Program-made: the position numbers and the translations under genes | IMG/VR virus record: IMGVR_UViG_2529292972_000025 | Origin: a virus | Taxonomy: Duplodnaviria; Heunggongvirae; Uroviricota; Caudoviricetes | Strand: one strand, 5' to 3' | DNA: 33,153 nucleotides | Shown here: positions 9,412-18,643 of the stretch, piece by piece | Layout: every line of letters starts with the position of its first letter | How positions within the stretch are numbered: position 1 is the stretch's first letter | The notes under the pieces: generated by a model | Told to the model about the DNA's origin: nothing | Database searches by the model: none | The model's input: the letters and a program-made list of their open reading frames with translations, nothing else

Positions 9412-10013
9412 TGGATAATGCTGTATTAAATAGCGAGTTTATTGCCACGAAGGCGGGGAATATTACCGTCTATAACTATGATAGTGAAACACGGGAATAT
9501 ATTTCCACATCAACTGAATATCTTGCTGTGGGGGTCGGTATTCCAGCATGTTCCTGTCTTGATGCACCTGGCATACATAAGGTTGGTTATGCAATCTGTC
9601 GTTCTGTGAATTTAAATTCATGGGAATATGTGCCAGACCATCGCGGTGAAATCGTCTATAGCACAGAAACAGGAGAATCAAAAGAAATCACAGCTCCGGG
9701 TGATTACCCTGAAAATACAACCACTATCGCCCCTTTATCTCCATACGATAAATGGGATGGTGAGAAATGGGTGACCGATACTGAGGCACAGCATAGCGCC
9801 GCAGTCGAAGCGGCAGAAGCACAGCGCCAGTCACTGATTGATGCTGCTATGGCTTCCATCAGTCTGATTCAACTGAAATTGCAGGCCGGACGGAAACTGA
9901 CGCAGGCAGAAACAACCCGACTTAACGCCGTGCTGGATTACACTGACGCGGTGACGGCAACAGATACCAGCACCGCGCCGGATGTCATCTGGCCTGAACT
10001 GCCGGAGGCGTAG
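9411..10013 (+). CDS. Tail-fibre assembly chaperone, alternative (U-prime)
   Basis: 200-aa ORF starting at TAATG overlap with Sv-prime stop; inside invertible segment. Confidence 0.7.
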   Translation: MDNAVLNSEFIATKAGNITVYNYDSETREYISTSTEYLAVGVGIPACSCLDAPGIHKVGYAICRSVNLNSWEYVPDHRGEIVYSTETGESKEITAPGDYPENTTTIAPLSPYDKWDGEKWVTDTEAQHSAAVEAAEAQRQSLIDAAMASISLIQLKLQAGRKLTQAETTRLNAVLDYTDAVTATDTSTAPDVIWPELPEA

Positions 10014-10437
10014 GCCATTTAATATCTGGCGCACCGGAAGTATCGACCAGTTCCAGTGCGTCCAGATAATCCAGCCACAGATTATATTGCGCCAGTTCCT
10101 CGCCTTTCAGACGACCAATAGCCGCTTTACCAGGCCATTGTTTACTGTTCATATAATCGTTGGCCTGATTAATTAGTAGCTGTCTTTCTGATTCAGTAAT
10201 TTCAATAAGTTCTTCATGCGTAGGGGCAGGAATATCCGCCCACGCGGGCAGCCCATCACCTCCGGCAATACGGATTTTTCCTTGTGGCGGTTCAGCCATA
10301 AATTCACTGATAATATTTTGACTCACCTCCTTAGCATCTGATAAATCCCATCCCTCTGATTTATATTTATCAATCATATCCACAGGGAAAAAAGCATTAT
10401 GCCTTGCGCTATAAACATATTCGTTCATATAAATCAT
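9985..10437 (-). CDS. G: Tail-fibre assembly chaperone (gpG-like)
   Basis: 150-aa ORF directly downstream of H; true start may be ATG at 10428 (AGGA Shine-Dalgarno); C-terminal ...DIKWPTPPAVQAR resembles the U-prime C-terminus. Confidence 0.7.
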   Translation of the reverse strand: MIYMNEYVYSARHNAFFPVDMIDKYKSEGWDLSDAKEVSQNIISEFMAEPPQGKIRIAGGDGLPAWADIPAPTHEELIEITESERQLLINQANDYMNSKQWPGKAAIGRLKGEELAQYNLWLDYLDALELVDTSGAPDIKWPTPPAVQAR

Positions 10438-10448
10438 CCTGAATAAAA

Positions 10449-11870
10449 TTATTCACCAACAGCCCACCAACTGTAAGTCATTGACACCTTGTCGCTGGTT
10501 GATGCAGTTCTGTAAGCAGAATTAAAGCCGGTTAATGTTGGGCCTTCTACGGACATAACGAATCCACGCCCTGCACCAAAAGGCGCACCGCCATCGCCAG
10601 AATGGGTAAGAATGGCGATATCCGCTTTTTTAGGGAAAGGGATAGGAAATGTAATCCTCATTGTTTGCGTCGATAATTTCGGCATAGCCTCACCTCGACC
10701 ATATTGCAGGATTTTCCCGTTGGGTAATTTCATCCATCCATCACCACTGGCAAACGAGGCCATGTCCGGTATCTGATTTTCCCCTGTCCCCACATTCCGT
10801 TTTGCCGCTTCTCCCAAACCAAGGTATGCGAGAAGACCAGCCACATCCTTTCCACTCAAATTAGTAAGCGTATTGTCCAGCGGTTGTTTGCCTGCCAGTG
10901 CATTAAGCACTGTTGTTGAAAAGTTAGGGTCATTCCCCAGCGCCGCCGCCAGTTCATTCAGTGTATCCAGTGCCGCAGGGGCAGAACCCACCATTGCCGC
11001 AATTGCTGATTTCACAAAAGCCGTGGTGGCAATCTGTGTATTGTTGACCGACTGTGCCGCAGTAGGTGCTGTTGGCGTTCCGGTAAGTGCGGGACTCGAC
11101 AGCGGCGCTTTCAGTGCCAGCGCATTGTTAATGGTGGTGCTGAATTTCGGGTCATTGTTAATGGCTGCGGCAATTTCTTTCAGTGTGTCCAGCGTGGCTG
11201 GCGCGCCGTTAATCAGAGCGGTAATAGCAGCCTGTACAAACGCAGTGGTCGCAATCCGCGTGGTGTTATTTCCTGCATCAGGCGTCGGCGCTTTTGGTTC
11301 TCCGGTAAATGTCGGATTATGTTTCTGTGCATACTGGGTATGAGGATCCTGTGCGGCAATGTGGTTTCTCATCTGGTCATCCACATACAGCCTTAATTCC
11401 AGGACTTCATCATCCACGTATTTACGGGTCGCCAGTACCACCGACGGGTCGATTTTCAGCGTGATGGCTTCGGTATTCGTGACAACCAGAATCATGCGGA
11501 TAGTCTGGGTACGACCACTGCCTTCCTGTAACTGCGGTTTGTACGTTTCCGGGCAGTTCGCCACCGCAATGAGTACGCCTTCATCATCATAAAGCCCAAT
11601 CTCACGGATCCAGAATCCGCCCTCGTTCTCAGGGATGATTTGCTCCGCAATAATCTGGCTCTGGTTATTCGGGTCAACACTCAGAAGATTCAGCGGCGCG
11701 ATGCGTTTCTGGTTAATCAGTTTTGTCTGTGCCGGGTCTGGTGTCGGCAAGACACCATTCGCATCACCAACGGCCATTTGCGTCAGATTCAGCTTACTGC
11801 CGAGCATCGTCGCGTTAGCCAGCCGTGCTGCGCCCTGATTAGTCAGAATGGCGTAGTATTTCACTGTCAT
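10449..11870 (-). CDS. H: Tail fibre protein gpH (constant N-terminal part fused to variable part Sv)
   Basis: 473-aa ORF; crossover site 10809-10834 lies inside it and encodes ..YLGLGE.. Confidence 0.85.
   Translation of the reverse strand: MTVKYYAILTNQGAARLANATMLGSKLNLTQMAVGDANGVLPTPDPAQTKLINQKRIAPLNLLSVDPNNQSQIIAEQIIPENEGGFWIREIGLYDDEGVLIAVANCPETYKPQLQEGSGRTQTIRMILVVTNTEAITLKIDPSVVLATRKYVDDEVLELRLYVDDQMRNHIAAQDPHTQYAQKHNPTFTGEPKAPTPDAGNNTTRIATTAFVQAAITALINGAPATLDTLKEIAAAINNDPKFSTTINNALALKAPLSSPALTGTPTAPTAAQSVNNTQIATTAFVKSAIAAMVGSAPAALDTLNELAAALGNDPNFSTTVLNALAGKQPLDNTLTNLSGKDVAGLLAYLGLGEAAKRNVGTGENQIPDMASFASGDGWMKLPNGKILQYGRGEAMPKLSTQTMRITFPIPFPKKADIAILTHSGDGGAPFGAGRGFVMSVEGPTLTGFNSAYRTASTSDKVSMTYSWWAVGE
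10809..10834. repeat. Invertase crossover site, right (26 bp)
   Basis: TTCTCCCAAACC-AA-GGTATGCGAGAA on plus strand; left half is the reverse complement of GGTTTGGGAGAA at 8962-8973. Confidence 0.7.
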
Positions 11871-12478
11871 GCGTTTACTCTCAGGTTATCAATTAAATGA
11901 ATGGCCGAGGCCGGGAAATAATCCCCTCCGACAATAATGGCCTCCGGGGTGTAGGGATAAACCGTCAGGGCGTCACCGTGATAGCATCCCGCACCGGCAA
12001 AAATGTTGCCGGTTGTACTTAAACTGATAGCCAGTCCCGTCAGATGGCGGCTTGCCGGTTTTGCATCAGCAACGAGACGCTCCAGCTCCTGATACATTTC
12101 TTCGGTAATACCCTGCTCAAGCACGCCAACAACGATACGGAACGTCCCCGGCTCCTCGTTGAGCTGCCACCACTCCCTCACCTCAATCAGATAGCCGAGC
12201 GGCTCCACCACACGGCGAATCGCACCAATAGTGCCCTTATGACAGTGGATGAAATACGCATCGCGGATAACAGCGCGTTTTGTCGCTTCCGGCCAATTAT
12301 CATCCCAGCGGTCAACCGAAAATGACCACGCCAGCCACGGCAGCAGATTTGCCGGGCAGGTGTCCGGGTTCCACAGCTCACGAATACTGACCGGCGTTTT
12401 TTCAATTTCCGCACAGGCTTTTGCGGCGGCAACTTCAAGCGGTGATGAGCCGGTCGGCAGCAGTCGCGAATCACTCAT
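11867..12478 (-). CDS. I: Baseplate protein gpI
   Basis: 203-aa ORF, GGAGG Shine-Dalgarno, stop overlaps H start; P2 order. Confidence 0.8.
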   Translation of the reverse strand: MSDSRLLPTGSSPLEVAAAKACAEIEKTPVSIRELWNPDTCPANLLPWLAWSFSVDRWDDNWPEATKRAVIRDAYFIHCHKGTIGAIRRVVEPLGYLIEVREWWQLNEEPGTFRIVVGVLEQGITEEMYQELERLVADAKPASRHLTGLAISLSTTGNIFAGAGCYHGDALTVYPYTPEAIIVGGDYFPASAIHLIDNLRVNA

Positions 12479-13379
12479 CCGAGCCTCCGGTCACAACGCT
12501 GTATTCGGTACAGAAAGACGCCTGCGTATTGTTGAGCACGATGTCGGCCAGTGGTGCAGCCAGTTCGACACGCTGCACGCCTTCCACATGCAAAGCGGCA
12601 TAAATGGCAGACAGACGGATGTCGCGCCCCAGCCGGTGCTGTGCCGTGATGTACGCTTCCAGTTTTTTCACGGCAGCAGCGCGGATGGGTTCGCTTTCGG
12701 GACCAGGGTAAAGGTAAAGCGTGGCGTTTATCTGGTATTCAACGATGGCGGCAGACTGCACGGTCACGCGGTCGGCCACCGGCCTGACGTCCTCGCCATT
12801 AAGGGCGTTACGCACCGCCGCCAGCAGGTCTTCGGATGCCACACCGTTATTTTCGCGAGACAGCACGGAGATGGTGACGCAGGCCGGAGAAGGGCTGGTG
12901 ACAGAGATATCTGCGACACGCCCGTCGGCACTGCGACCATGATACTGATAGGCACCCACCGACCCGGCGACGCTTAAACCTTCAAACGCCTGCTGAATAC
13001 GCAGACGATAATCGGTGTCAGATTCCATCACTGCCGGTGTCGGCGGGATGGTCGAATCATCTGCCGGGGTGATAGTCAGGCGCGTGGTGTTGTAATTGGC
13101 ACCAATCACATCAAGGTCATTACCGGCGGCACAGGCCAGCATCACCGCCCGTGCGGCCTCATTCACACGCTGACGCCAGATAAGCTCACGATAAGCATTT
13201 TCCTCCAGCAGTTTGACGAGAGGCTCAGATTCCAGCGTCAGGGTACGGGCGACCGCCTCCTGCTGGTCTTCCGGGTAAAGGGAAATCAGTGTCGCCTTGC
13301 GTTCGGCAAGAATGGTTTCAAAGTCCAGCTCCTCGACCACATCCGGTGCGGGTAGCTGGTTCAGGTCGATAATCGGCAT
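12471..13379 (-). CDS. J: Baseplate protein gpJ
   Basis: 302-aa ORF; P2 order. Confidence 0.85.
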   Translation of the reverse strand: MPIIDLNQLPAPDVVEELDFETILAERKATLISLYPEDQQEAVARTLTLESEPLVKLLEENAYRELIWRQRVNEAARAVMLACAAGNDLDVIGANYNTTRLTITPADDSTIPPTPAVMESDTDYRLRIQQAFEGLSVAGSVGAYQYHGRSADGRVADISVTSPSPACVTISVLSRENNGVASEDLLAAVRNALNGEDVRPVADRVTVQSAAIVEYQINATLYLYPGPESEPIRAAAVKKLEAYITAQHRLGRDIRLSAIYAALHVEGVQRVELAAPLADIVLNNTQASFCTEYSVVTGGSDE

Positions 13380-13383
13380 GGTT

Positions 13384-13731
13384 TCAACTCACAGGGATGG
13401 TTAACGAAAGTGGCTGGCCGGTGTCGTTGTGCTGGCCGGTTAATGTAACTGTCATTCGCCCGTCAAAGCTGCGCGCCGTGGTGACGGATGACAGGGTGAC
13501 GCGGGGTTCCCATTTCAGCACCGCCATGTAACAGGCGACCTTAATCTGCAACTCAAGTGCCGGGGTCTGCGGCTGGTCAATCATTGACGCCAGCAACGAG
13601 CCGTAATCACGACGCATCACCCGTGAGCCGACCGGTGTGCGCAGGATATCGCCGATACTCTGGCTGATATGCTCAAGGTCAGTGACAGTCTGGCCATCAC
13701 TGCGATTCATTCCGAGATAACGCGCTGTCAT
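13384..13731 (-). CDS. W: Baseplate protein gpW
   Basis: 115-aa ORF; P2 order. Confidence 0.85.
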   Translation of the reverse strand: MTARYLGMNRSDGQTVTDLEHISQSIGDILRTPVGSRVMRRDYGSLLASMIDQPQTPALELQIKVACYMAVLKWEPRVTLSSVTTARSFDGRMTVTLTGQHNDTGQPLSLTIPVS

Positions 13732-14363
13732 AGAGGACTCCCGGTTGTGCCGCCGCTGTCGCCGGGGTGTTTATGGGTATGCAGTACCTTACCGTTTGAT
13801 GAGAGTTCACCGCCGGTGTGTTCAATGTTGCCGCGCATCGTCCCGCCCTTCTGCACTTCCAGCGTGCCGGTAATCAGCTTGTTTGTGCAGACCACCTCCG
13901 GTGTGTCCAGGGTGACGCGGGTTGATGCTTTCACCATGACCACCGGCACCGTGGCAGTAACAGAATCAGAAGCCGTCACGCTGGCCGTTTTAATTCCGCT
14001 TGCCGTGAGTGCACTGGTTTCAGGTTCATACTCAATCACCGCCCCGTCAGGAAAACGGATATGCAGGGCATCCGCCGACGCAGACGGCGCGGGGTTATCA
14101 CCGGAATAAATCCCCGGCAGAACGAACGCCGTGTCGAGTTCACCGCCCACGGCCAGAATCAGCACCTGTTCCCCCACGGAAGGTGCCCACCATGTGCGCG
14201 AACGACCGGCGCGATGGGTCAGCCACTGCAGCCAGTCGGTACACATGCCGCCGGTCTGCACACGGCAGCGACCGGCGTTAAGGTCGGTTTCGACGATAAC
14301 GCCGGTGCGAATCATGTTGCGCAGTGCGCGCGCGAGTTCCTGAATATTTGCGAGAGTGTTCAT
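13728..14363 (-). CDS. V: Baseplate spike protein gpV
   Basis: 211-aa ORF, stop overlaps W start; P2 order. Confidence 0.85.
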   Translation of the reverse strand: MNTLANIQELARALRNMIRTGVIVETDLNAGRCRVQTGGMCTDWLQWLTHRAGRSRTWWAPSVGEQVLILAVGGELDTAFVLPGIYSGDNPAPSASADALHIRFPDGAVIEYEPETSALTASGIKTASVTASDSVTATVPVVMVKASTRVTLDTPEVVCTNKLITGTLEVQKGGTMRGNIEHTGGELSSNGKVLHTHKHPGDSGGTTGSPL

Positions 14364-14429
14364 AACGGGAAGGATGCCGCCGGGTCATACCGGCGGCAAT
14401 GTGACGATGAGGTGTCGGGAATGGCACAA

Positions 14430-14882
14430 CTAACGGTCGAGGTGCGCCAGAATAATCTCTTCAATCATCTGCACATCCTCACCGGTGAAGCCGAGCAGAG
14501 GGCGCGCCGGATAATCAATTTTCTTACCGTCTTTCCGGTTTTCTTCCGACAGACCAAACTGATGCACACTGGCGATTTTCGGTGACTTCCCGCCGTAAAA
14601 TTCCATTGCTGCCTGTTCCGGGCTGGCGCGGATATGCAAAAAACGACTGGTGATAAGTTTCGCAAACATTTTTCGCTTAACGCGACCGGTCTTTTTTCTG
14701 GCGCTCTGCTGCTGGCGTGGCGCGTAGGGTGTGCCGTCCGGGGCTTTCTGTGCCATCACCCGACGCTGCTGACTCTGCCGCAGACGTTTCGCCAGTTCGG
14801 CACTCAGTCGCCGACGCCCTGACGGTGACAGCGATTCAATCAGTCCGGTCAGCCGGTCTTCAAAACGCTTAAACTCATTCAT
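14430..14882 (-). CDS. S: Tail completion protein gpS
   Basis: 150-aa ORF; P2 order. Confidence 0.8.
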   Translation of the reverse strand: MNEFKRFEDRLTGLIESLSPSGRRRLSAELAKRLRQSQQRRVMAQKAPDGTPYAPRQQQSARKKTGRVKRKMFAKLITSRFLHIRASPEQAAMEFYGGKSPKIASVHQFGLSEENRKDGKKIDYPARPLLGFTGEDVQMIEEIILAHLDR

Positions 14883-15342
14883 CCCACTTGCTCACCAGTT
14901 CGCCATTGATATAAAGCTCCATCGGGCGGGTGACCGGCTCCGGCGGCGTGGGTTCCGGGATATTCTTCACATGCAGCGCGCCGTCCACCTCACTGACCAG
15001 CGTGCGCTCGGTCAGCATCAGGCTGATGCTGATATCAAAGCTGCTGTCATTGTTGATGTCTGCATAAAACGTGAAACCTTTTTTCTGGCCTTCGTCGGTG
15101 GTCATGATGTCGGGCTGATTTTCCCGCAGCCACGCCAGCACCGGCACGATGAGCAGGTCAAAATCACCGGTAAAGTCGGTCACAATGACATTGAGCGTGT
15201 AACGCTTTTCGAATGACAACGACGCCGCCAGCGTGGAGGCAATACTCCCGTTATCCACGAATATCCGAAGCATCTCTGGACTGGTTTTCAGCACCGTGAC
15301 GGCATCAGTCAGCGCCCTGCGCAGGCTGTCGGGTTTGAGCAT
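14875..15342 (-). CDS. R: Tail completion protein gpR
   Basis: 155-aa ORF; P2 order. Confidence 0.8.
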   Translation of the reverse strand: MLKPDSLRRALTDAVTVLKTSPEMLRIFVDNGSIASTLAASLSFEKRYTLNVIVTDFTGDFDLLIVPVLAWLRENQPDIMTTDEGQKKGFTFYADINNDSSFDISISLMLTERTLVSEVDGALHVKNIPEPTPPEPVTRPMELYINGELVSKWDE

Positions 15343-15595
15343 CGTTTTCGTCCTGACAGTGTTTAATCATTTTTACCTGGCTGGCACAGCGTGCCAGCGC
15401 GTTCTCAAGCTGCCGGATATCGGCACTTAAATCGCCGTTCGTCTGCGGGTCACTGCCCGGCATCGGGCAAAGGCTCACTTTCGGGCAGGCGTTGGCGACA
15501 ATCACTGGCGTCTGCGCAGGCGGGGCGCTGGTGCAACCGGCGCACAGCATCAGGCAGGTCAGCGCCGTACCAGCGGCGAAAATCTTCGTTTTCAT
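15305..15595 (-). CDS. lysC: Outer-membrane spanin lipoprotein LysC (Rz1-like), embedded in lysB
   Basis: Start at ATG 15595 (GAGG Shine-Dalgarno) gives MKTKIFAAGTALTCLMLCAGC... signal peptide with lipobox-like LCAGC; alternative frame inside lysB 3' end. Confidence 0.7.
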   Translation of the reverse strand: MKTKIFAAGTALTCLMLCAGCTSAPPAQTPVIVANACPKVSLCPMPGSDPQTNGDLSADIRQLENALARCASQVKMIKHCQDENDAQTRQPAQGAD

Positions 15596-15875
15596 TAAGT
15601 AACCTCGTGATGGTTTTCTCGCGCTGTGCTTCACGCTTCGCGGCGTTCTCCAGTTCCTGACGCAGTGCCACCTGCGCCAGCTCGTTTTTGTCTGCCCTGG
15701 TGAGGGCAACATGAAGCTGATTTTTCAGCATGGTGATGGTCGCCTGCTGTTCACTGGCGACGTTGTTCGCCCTGTCCAGCGAGGCGCGCAGGCTGGCATT
15801 TTTGTGTTTCACCAGAAACAGACCGGCCACCGCCAGCGATAACAACACGACCAGCACAATCATCAGCTTTGACAT
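15450..15875 (-). CDS. lysB: Inner-membrane spanin LysB (Rz-like)
   Basis: 141-aa product with N-terminal transmembrane helix then coiled-coil; P2 order. Confidence 0.8.
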   Translation of the reverse strand: MSKLMIVLVVLLSLAVAGLFLVKHKNASLRASLDRANNVASEQQATITMLKNQLHVALTRADKNELAQVALRQELENAAKREAQREKTITRLLNENEDFRRWYGADLPDAVRRLHQRPACADASDCRQRLPESEPLPDAGQ

Positions 15876-16288
15876 GGTTCCCGCCCCTCAAAACGCTGAC
15901 GGCAGGCCGTACGTATCAGCCGGAAGAACACCGATGCCACGAGATAAATCAGCGCGGTAAAAATCCACCCGGCAGCAACCAGCGAGATAAACGTCGCCAC
16001 CATCACTACCAGAGCCACTGGCCGCCTGCGCCACGGCACCGGCTGCAAAAACAGCGCCGTGACAATTTTCACGGCCAGCGATTCCGGCGGCAGCTCCCGC
16101 CCGTAGCGTTCCAGCACATACTCAGTGGCATACACCCCGACACCACCGGCAACCACACAGATAACCGTCGCCAGAATCGCCCAGGCAGCGACAAAACTGA
16201 CGGCCACGCTCTGCGGATAAATCAGGGACAGTGCCAGCATCAGCGCCAGCGACACGTTCAGCATCAGTGAAAGGGATAATTTCTTCAT
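15863..16288 (-). CDS. lysA: Lysis regulator LysA (membrane protein)
   Basis: 141-aa multi-transmembrane product between K and lysB. Confidence 0.75.
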   Translation of the reverse strand: MKKLSLSLMLNVSLALMLALSLIYPQSVAVSFVAAWAILATVICVVAGGVGVYATEYVLERYGRELPPESLAVKIVTALFLQPVPWRRRPVALVVMVATFISLVAAGWIFTALIYLVASVFFRLIRTACRQRFEGREPCQS

Positions 16289-16302
16289 GGTGTTTACTCC
16301 GT

Positions 16303-16800
16303 TTAAGCCGGTACGCCGCCAGCGGTACGCCAGACGGTGACCAGTTTTTCCAGTGAATGCTCACGCTGACCGTAACCGGCACCCGGCAGGGACGCCCAGA
16401 TATTGCGACAGCGTGAAATGGCGCGCTCAATGCGTCCCGCCCGGATGTCATCCAGTGCACCGCGTTCGCGGATCAACTGAATGGCGAGTCTGTCCTGTGA
16501 CAACGGACTGAAATCCGGCAGGGCAAGCTGTTTGCGGTAATGCGGCCAGAACAGGTAAAGCTGCTGATAGCGACCGGAGGCCGTGGATTTTTCACCGCGA
16601 CGGTTAAACACCTTCGCCGGTCGACCATGTGCGAACGGGTGGTCACTGTAGTCGGTGAAAATTTCCTGCTTTCCGTCCAGTCCGGTGACTATCACGTCAT
16701 AGCCCCGGTTTTTCGTCAGCGGATGGTTCGCCGTCCCTTCGGACACGGCCAGCATGTCGAGAAAGGCGGCGATATTCTGATGCGTGTTAATTACCGGCAT
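16303..16800 (-). CDS. K: Endolysin gpK (lysozyme)
   Basis: 165-aa ORF downstream of holin; P2 order. Confidence 0.85.
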   Translation of the reverse strand: MPVINTHQNIAAFLDMLAVSEGTANHPLTKNRGYDVIVTGLDGKQEIFTDYSDHPFAHGRPAKVFNRRGEKSTASGRYQQLYLFWPHYRKQLALPDFSPLSQDRLAIQLIRERGALDDIRAGRIERAISRCRNIWASLPGAGYGQREHSLEKLVTVWRTAGGVPA

Positions 16801-17081
16801 TACGGTTTCCCCCTGCTCTTAAAGCGGCGCTGAATGGCAATCTCAATCACCTGATAACCGGCGATACCCAGCATGGAGCCGATGCCGCACACCGCAGGCA
16901 GTGACAGGTCAGGAAACTGCACCAGAACAACACCGGCAACCATCGAGACAAAACCACCGAGCAACATGCGCCCGATAAACAGACGCGGGGTGATGGGTTC
17001 ACCACCGGCAAGCACCTTGCCGACAACAATCAGCACCCCAATCATGAAAAGCGACAGGACGCTTTTTTCTTCTGCTGTCAT
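16800..17081 (-). CDS. Y: Holin gpY
   Basis: 93-aa hydrophobic product with charged C-terminus; precedes endolysin. Confidence 0.8.
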   Translation of the reverse strand: MTAEEKSVLSLFMIGVLIVVGKVLAGGEPITPRLFIGRMLLGGFVSMVAGVVLVQFPDLSLPAVCGIGSMLGIAGYQVIEIAIQRRFKSRGKP

Positions 17082-17084
17082 GCG

Positions 17085-17288
17085 TTACTCCCACAGATTG
17101 ACAGTTTCAGCCACGGGCGCGGTCTGAACGTCGGGCAGTTCGACGGCGGTGCCATGTGGCAGCACCGCCCCCAGTTCAGCCAGTCCCGGATTTGCGGCGA
17201 GCACGGCTTCGACCACGCCCTCAGTGCGCCCGTAATACCGGACACAAATGGCGTCGAGCGTGTCGCCCTGTAGCGCAAAGGTCTTCAT
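17085..17288 (-). CDS. X: Tail protein gpX
   Basis: 67-aa product from ATG at 17288 (MKTFALQGDTLDAICVRYYGRTEG...), start overlaps L stop as TGATG; ORF track extends further upstream. Confidence 0.8.
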   Translation of the reverse strand: MKTFALQGDTLDAICVRYYGRTEGVVEAVLAANPGLAELGAVLPHGTAVELPDVQTAPVAETVNLWE

Positions 17289-17797
17289 CAGATTTGACTC
17301 ACGATGCAGCGCGGCTTGTCCTGGATACGCGCCACCGCCCAGCGCATATCCCGCCACAGCTCATCAATGGTGCTGTCAATGCTGTCGGCCTTCTTGTCGC
17401 CTTTCGCACTGGCATCCACGCCGCGATAACGCTCATAAAGCGATGCGGTCGCCATCGCACACACGGCGCGCTCGTAGTAAAAAACTTTGATGCTTTCACC
17501 GTCGATGTCGTCCGCCGGGACGTCCGCCAGACGCGTAAAACCGGCGGCAATTTTCTGTTCGCGGTACTCGTACAGCTCCGCATTCGTTTCAGCCATGCCT
17601 GACTTGATGGCCTCACGCAGACGGGCGGGGGCGACGGTCTGCTCAAGGCGCATACGTTCCCGGACGCGCTTCGGGTCGATATCGGGAAAAAAGAACGTGT
17701 TTTTAATCACCGGCTCGTCGCCTGCCGGTTGCGGGATGACCACCGTACCCTCACCGGACACGGGAGCCTCCTTTCGCGGAATAATCAGCGTCATCAT
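17288..17797 (-). CDS. L: Head completion protein gpL
   Basis: Start at ATG 17797 (MMTLIIPRKEAP...) with AGAGGT Shine-Dalgarno; P2 order. Confidence 0.8.
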   Translation of the reverse strand: MMTLIIPRKEAPVSGEGTVVIPQPAGDEPVIKNTFFFPDIDPKRVRERMRLEQTVAPARLREAIKSGMAETNAELYEYREQKIAAGFTRLADVPADDIDGESIKVFYYERAVCAMATASLYERYRGVDASAKGDKKADSIDSTIDELWRDMRWAVARIQDKPRCIVSQI

Positions 17798-17896
17798 GAC
17801 TACCTCTGAAAAGTCGGGCGGTGGACGCCGGTGCAGTGTCAGGTGATTCACCCTCACTGACCGGCGTGCCGCCCTGGCGCGGGGCGCATTCGGTTG

Positions 17897-18640
17897 TTAA
17901 CTGGCTTTCTTTTTCGGGCGTCCACGTTTTGCCGGTGTCACGCTCCGGGTCTTACGCGGGGCACGGGTGGCCGCTTTTGGCTGCGGCTCCGGCTTCGGTT
18001 TCAGCTCCCGCTCCAGTCGTTCAATCTCTTTTTTGACGCCTGCCTGACAGTCGAGCTGTGTCGCACGTTGCAGGTGAGCCAGCGCACCGGCGGCATCACC
18101 AGCGTCACGCAGAAACAGACCGGTGATTTTGTGCAGCTTTGCGCGCACTTCATCAGGCATGTCAGCCGTGGCGGTCAGTTCAAGGGTGTCCGTCAGCAGG
18201 CGGGTATCCACAGACTCACCGGCAGCGTGGGCACGCATGGCCGCAAGCGCGACCTCCTCGGTGAACATGTACGGCGGGGTGCGGCGGTGTTTTCCCGGCA
18301 TGGTCAGACCGTACTTCAGGGCATAACGGGCAATCTCCAGCGCACCGGCAATATCGCCGGTATCCAGACGCCACAGCATGACCGTCATCAGAATGTCATC
18401 CTGTGCACCTTTGCCCTGCTCCAGAACGCCGTTCACCCACGGCAACCAGAACGGCAGCAGTTCGCGTTTTTTCGCGGCCTTCAGCTCTTTTGAATAAATC
18501 GCTTTCAGTGTGCGCTGGTCTGCGGCGAGCTTAACCAGCATCTGCTCATAGACAGTTGCATGTCGCAGCGGGGCGGCTTCCCGCTGCGCGGTCATCGCTG
18601 CCGAGACCCGCATCATGTGGCGCTGTGCGGGACTCGTCAT
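17897..18640 (-). CDS. M: Terminase small subunit gpM
   Basis: 247-aa ORF; P2 order. Confidence 0.85.
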   Translation of the reverse strand: MTSPAQRHMMRVSAAMTAQREAAPLRHATVYEQMLVKLAADQRTLKAIYSKELKAAKKRELLPFWLPWVNGVLEQGKGAQDDILMTVMLWRLDTGDIAGALEIARYALKYGLTMPGKHRRTPPYMFTEEVALAAMRAHAAGESVDTRLLTDTLELTATADMPDEVRAKLHKITGLFLRDAGDAAGALAHLQRATQLDCQAGVKKEIERLERELKPKPEPQPKAATRAPRKTRSVTPAKRGRPKKKAS

Positions 18641-18643
18641 CGG

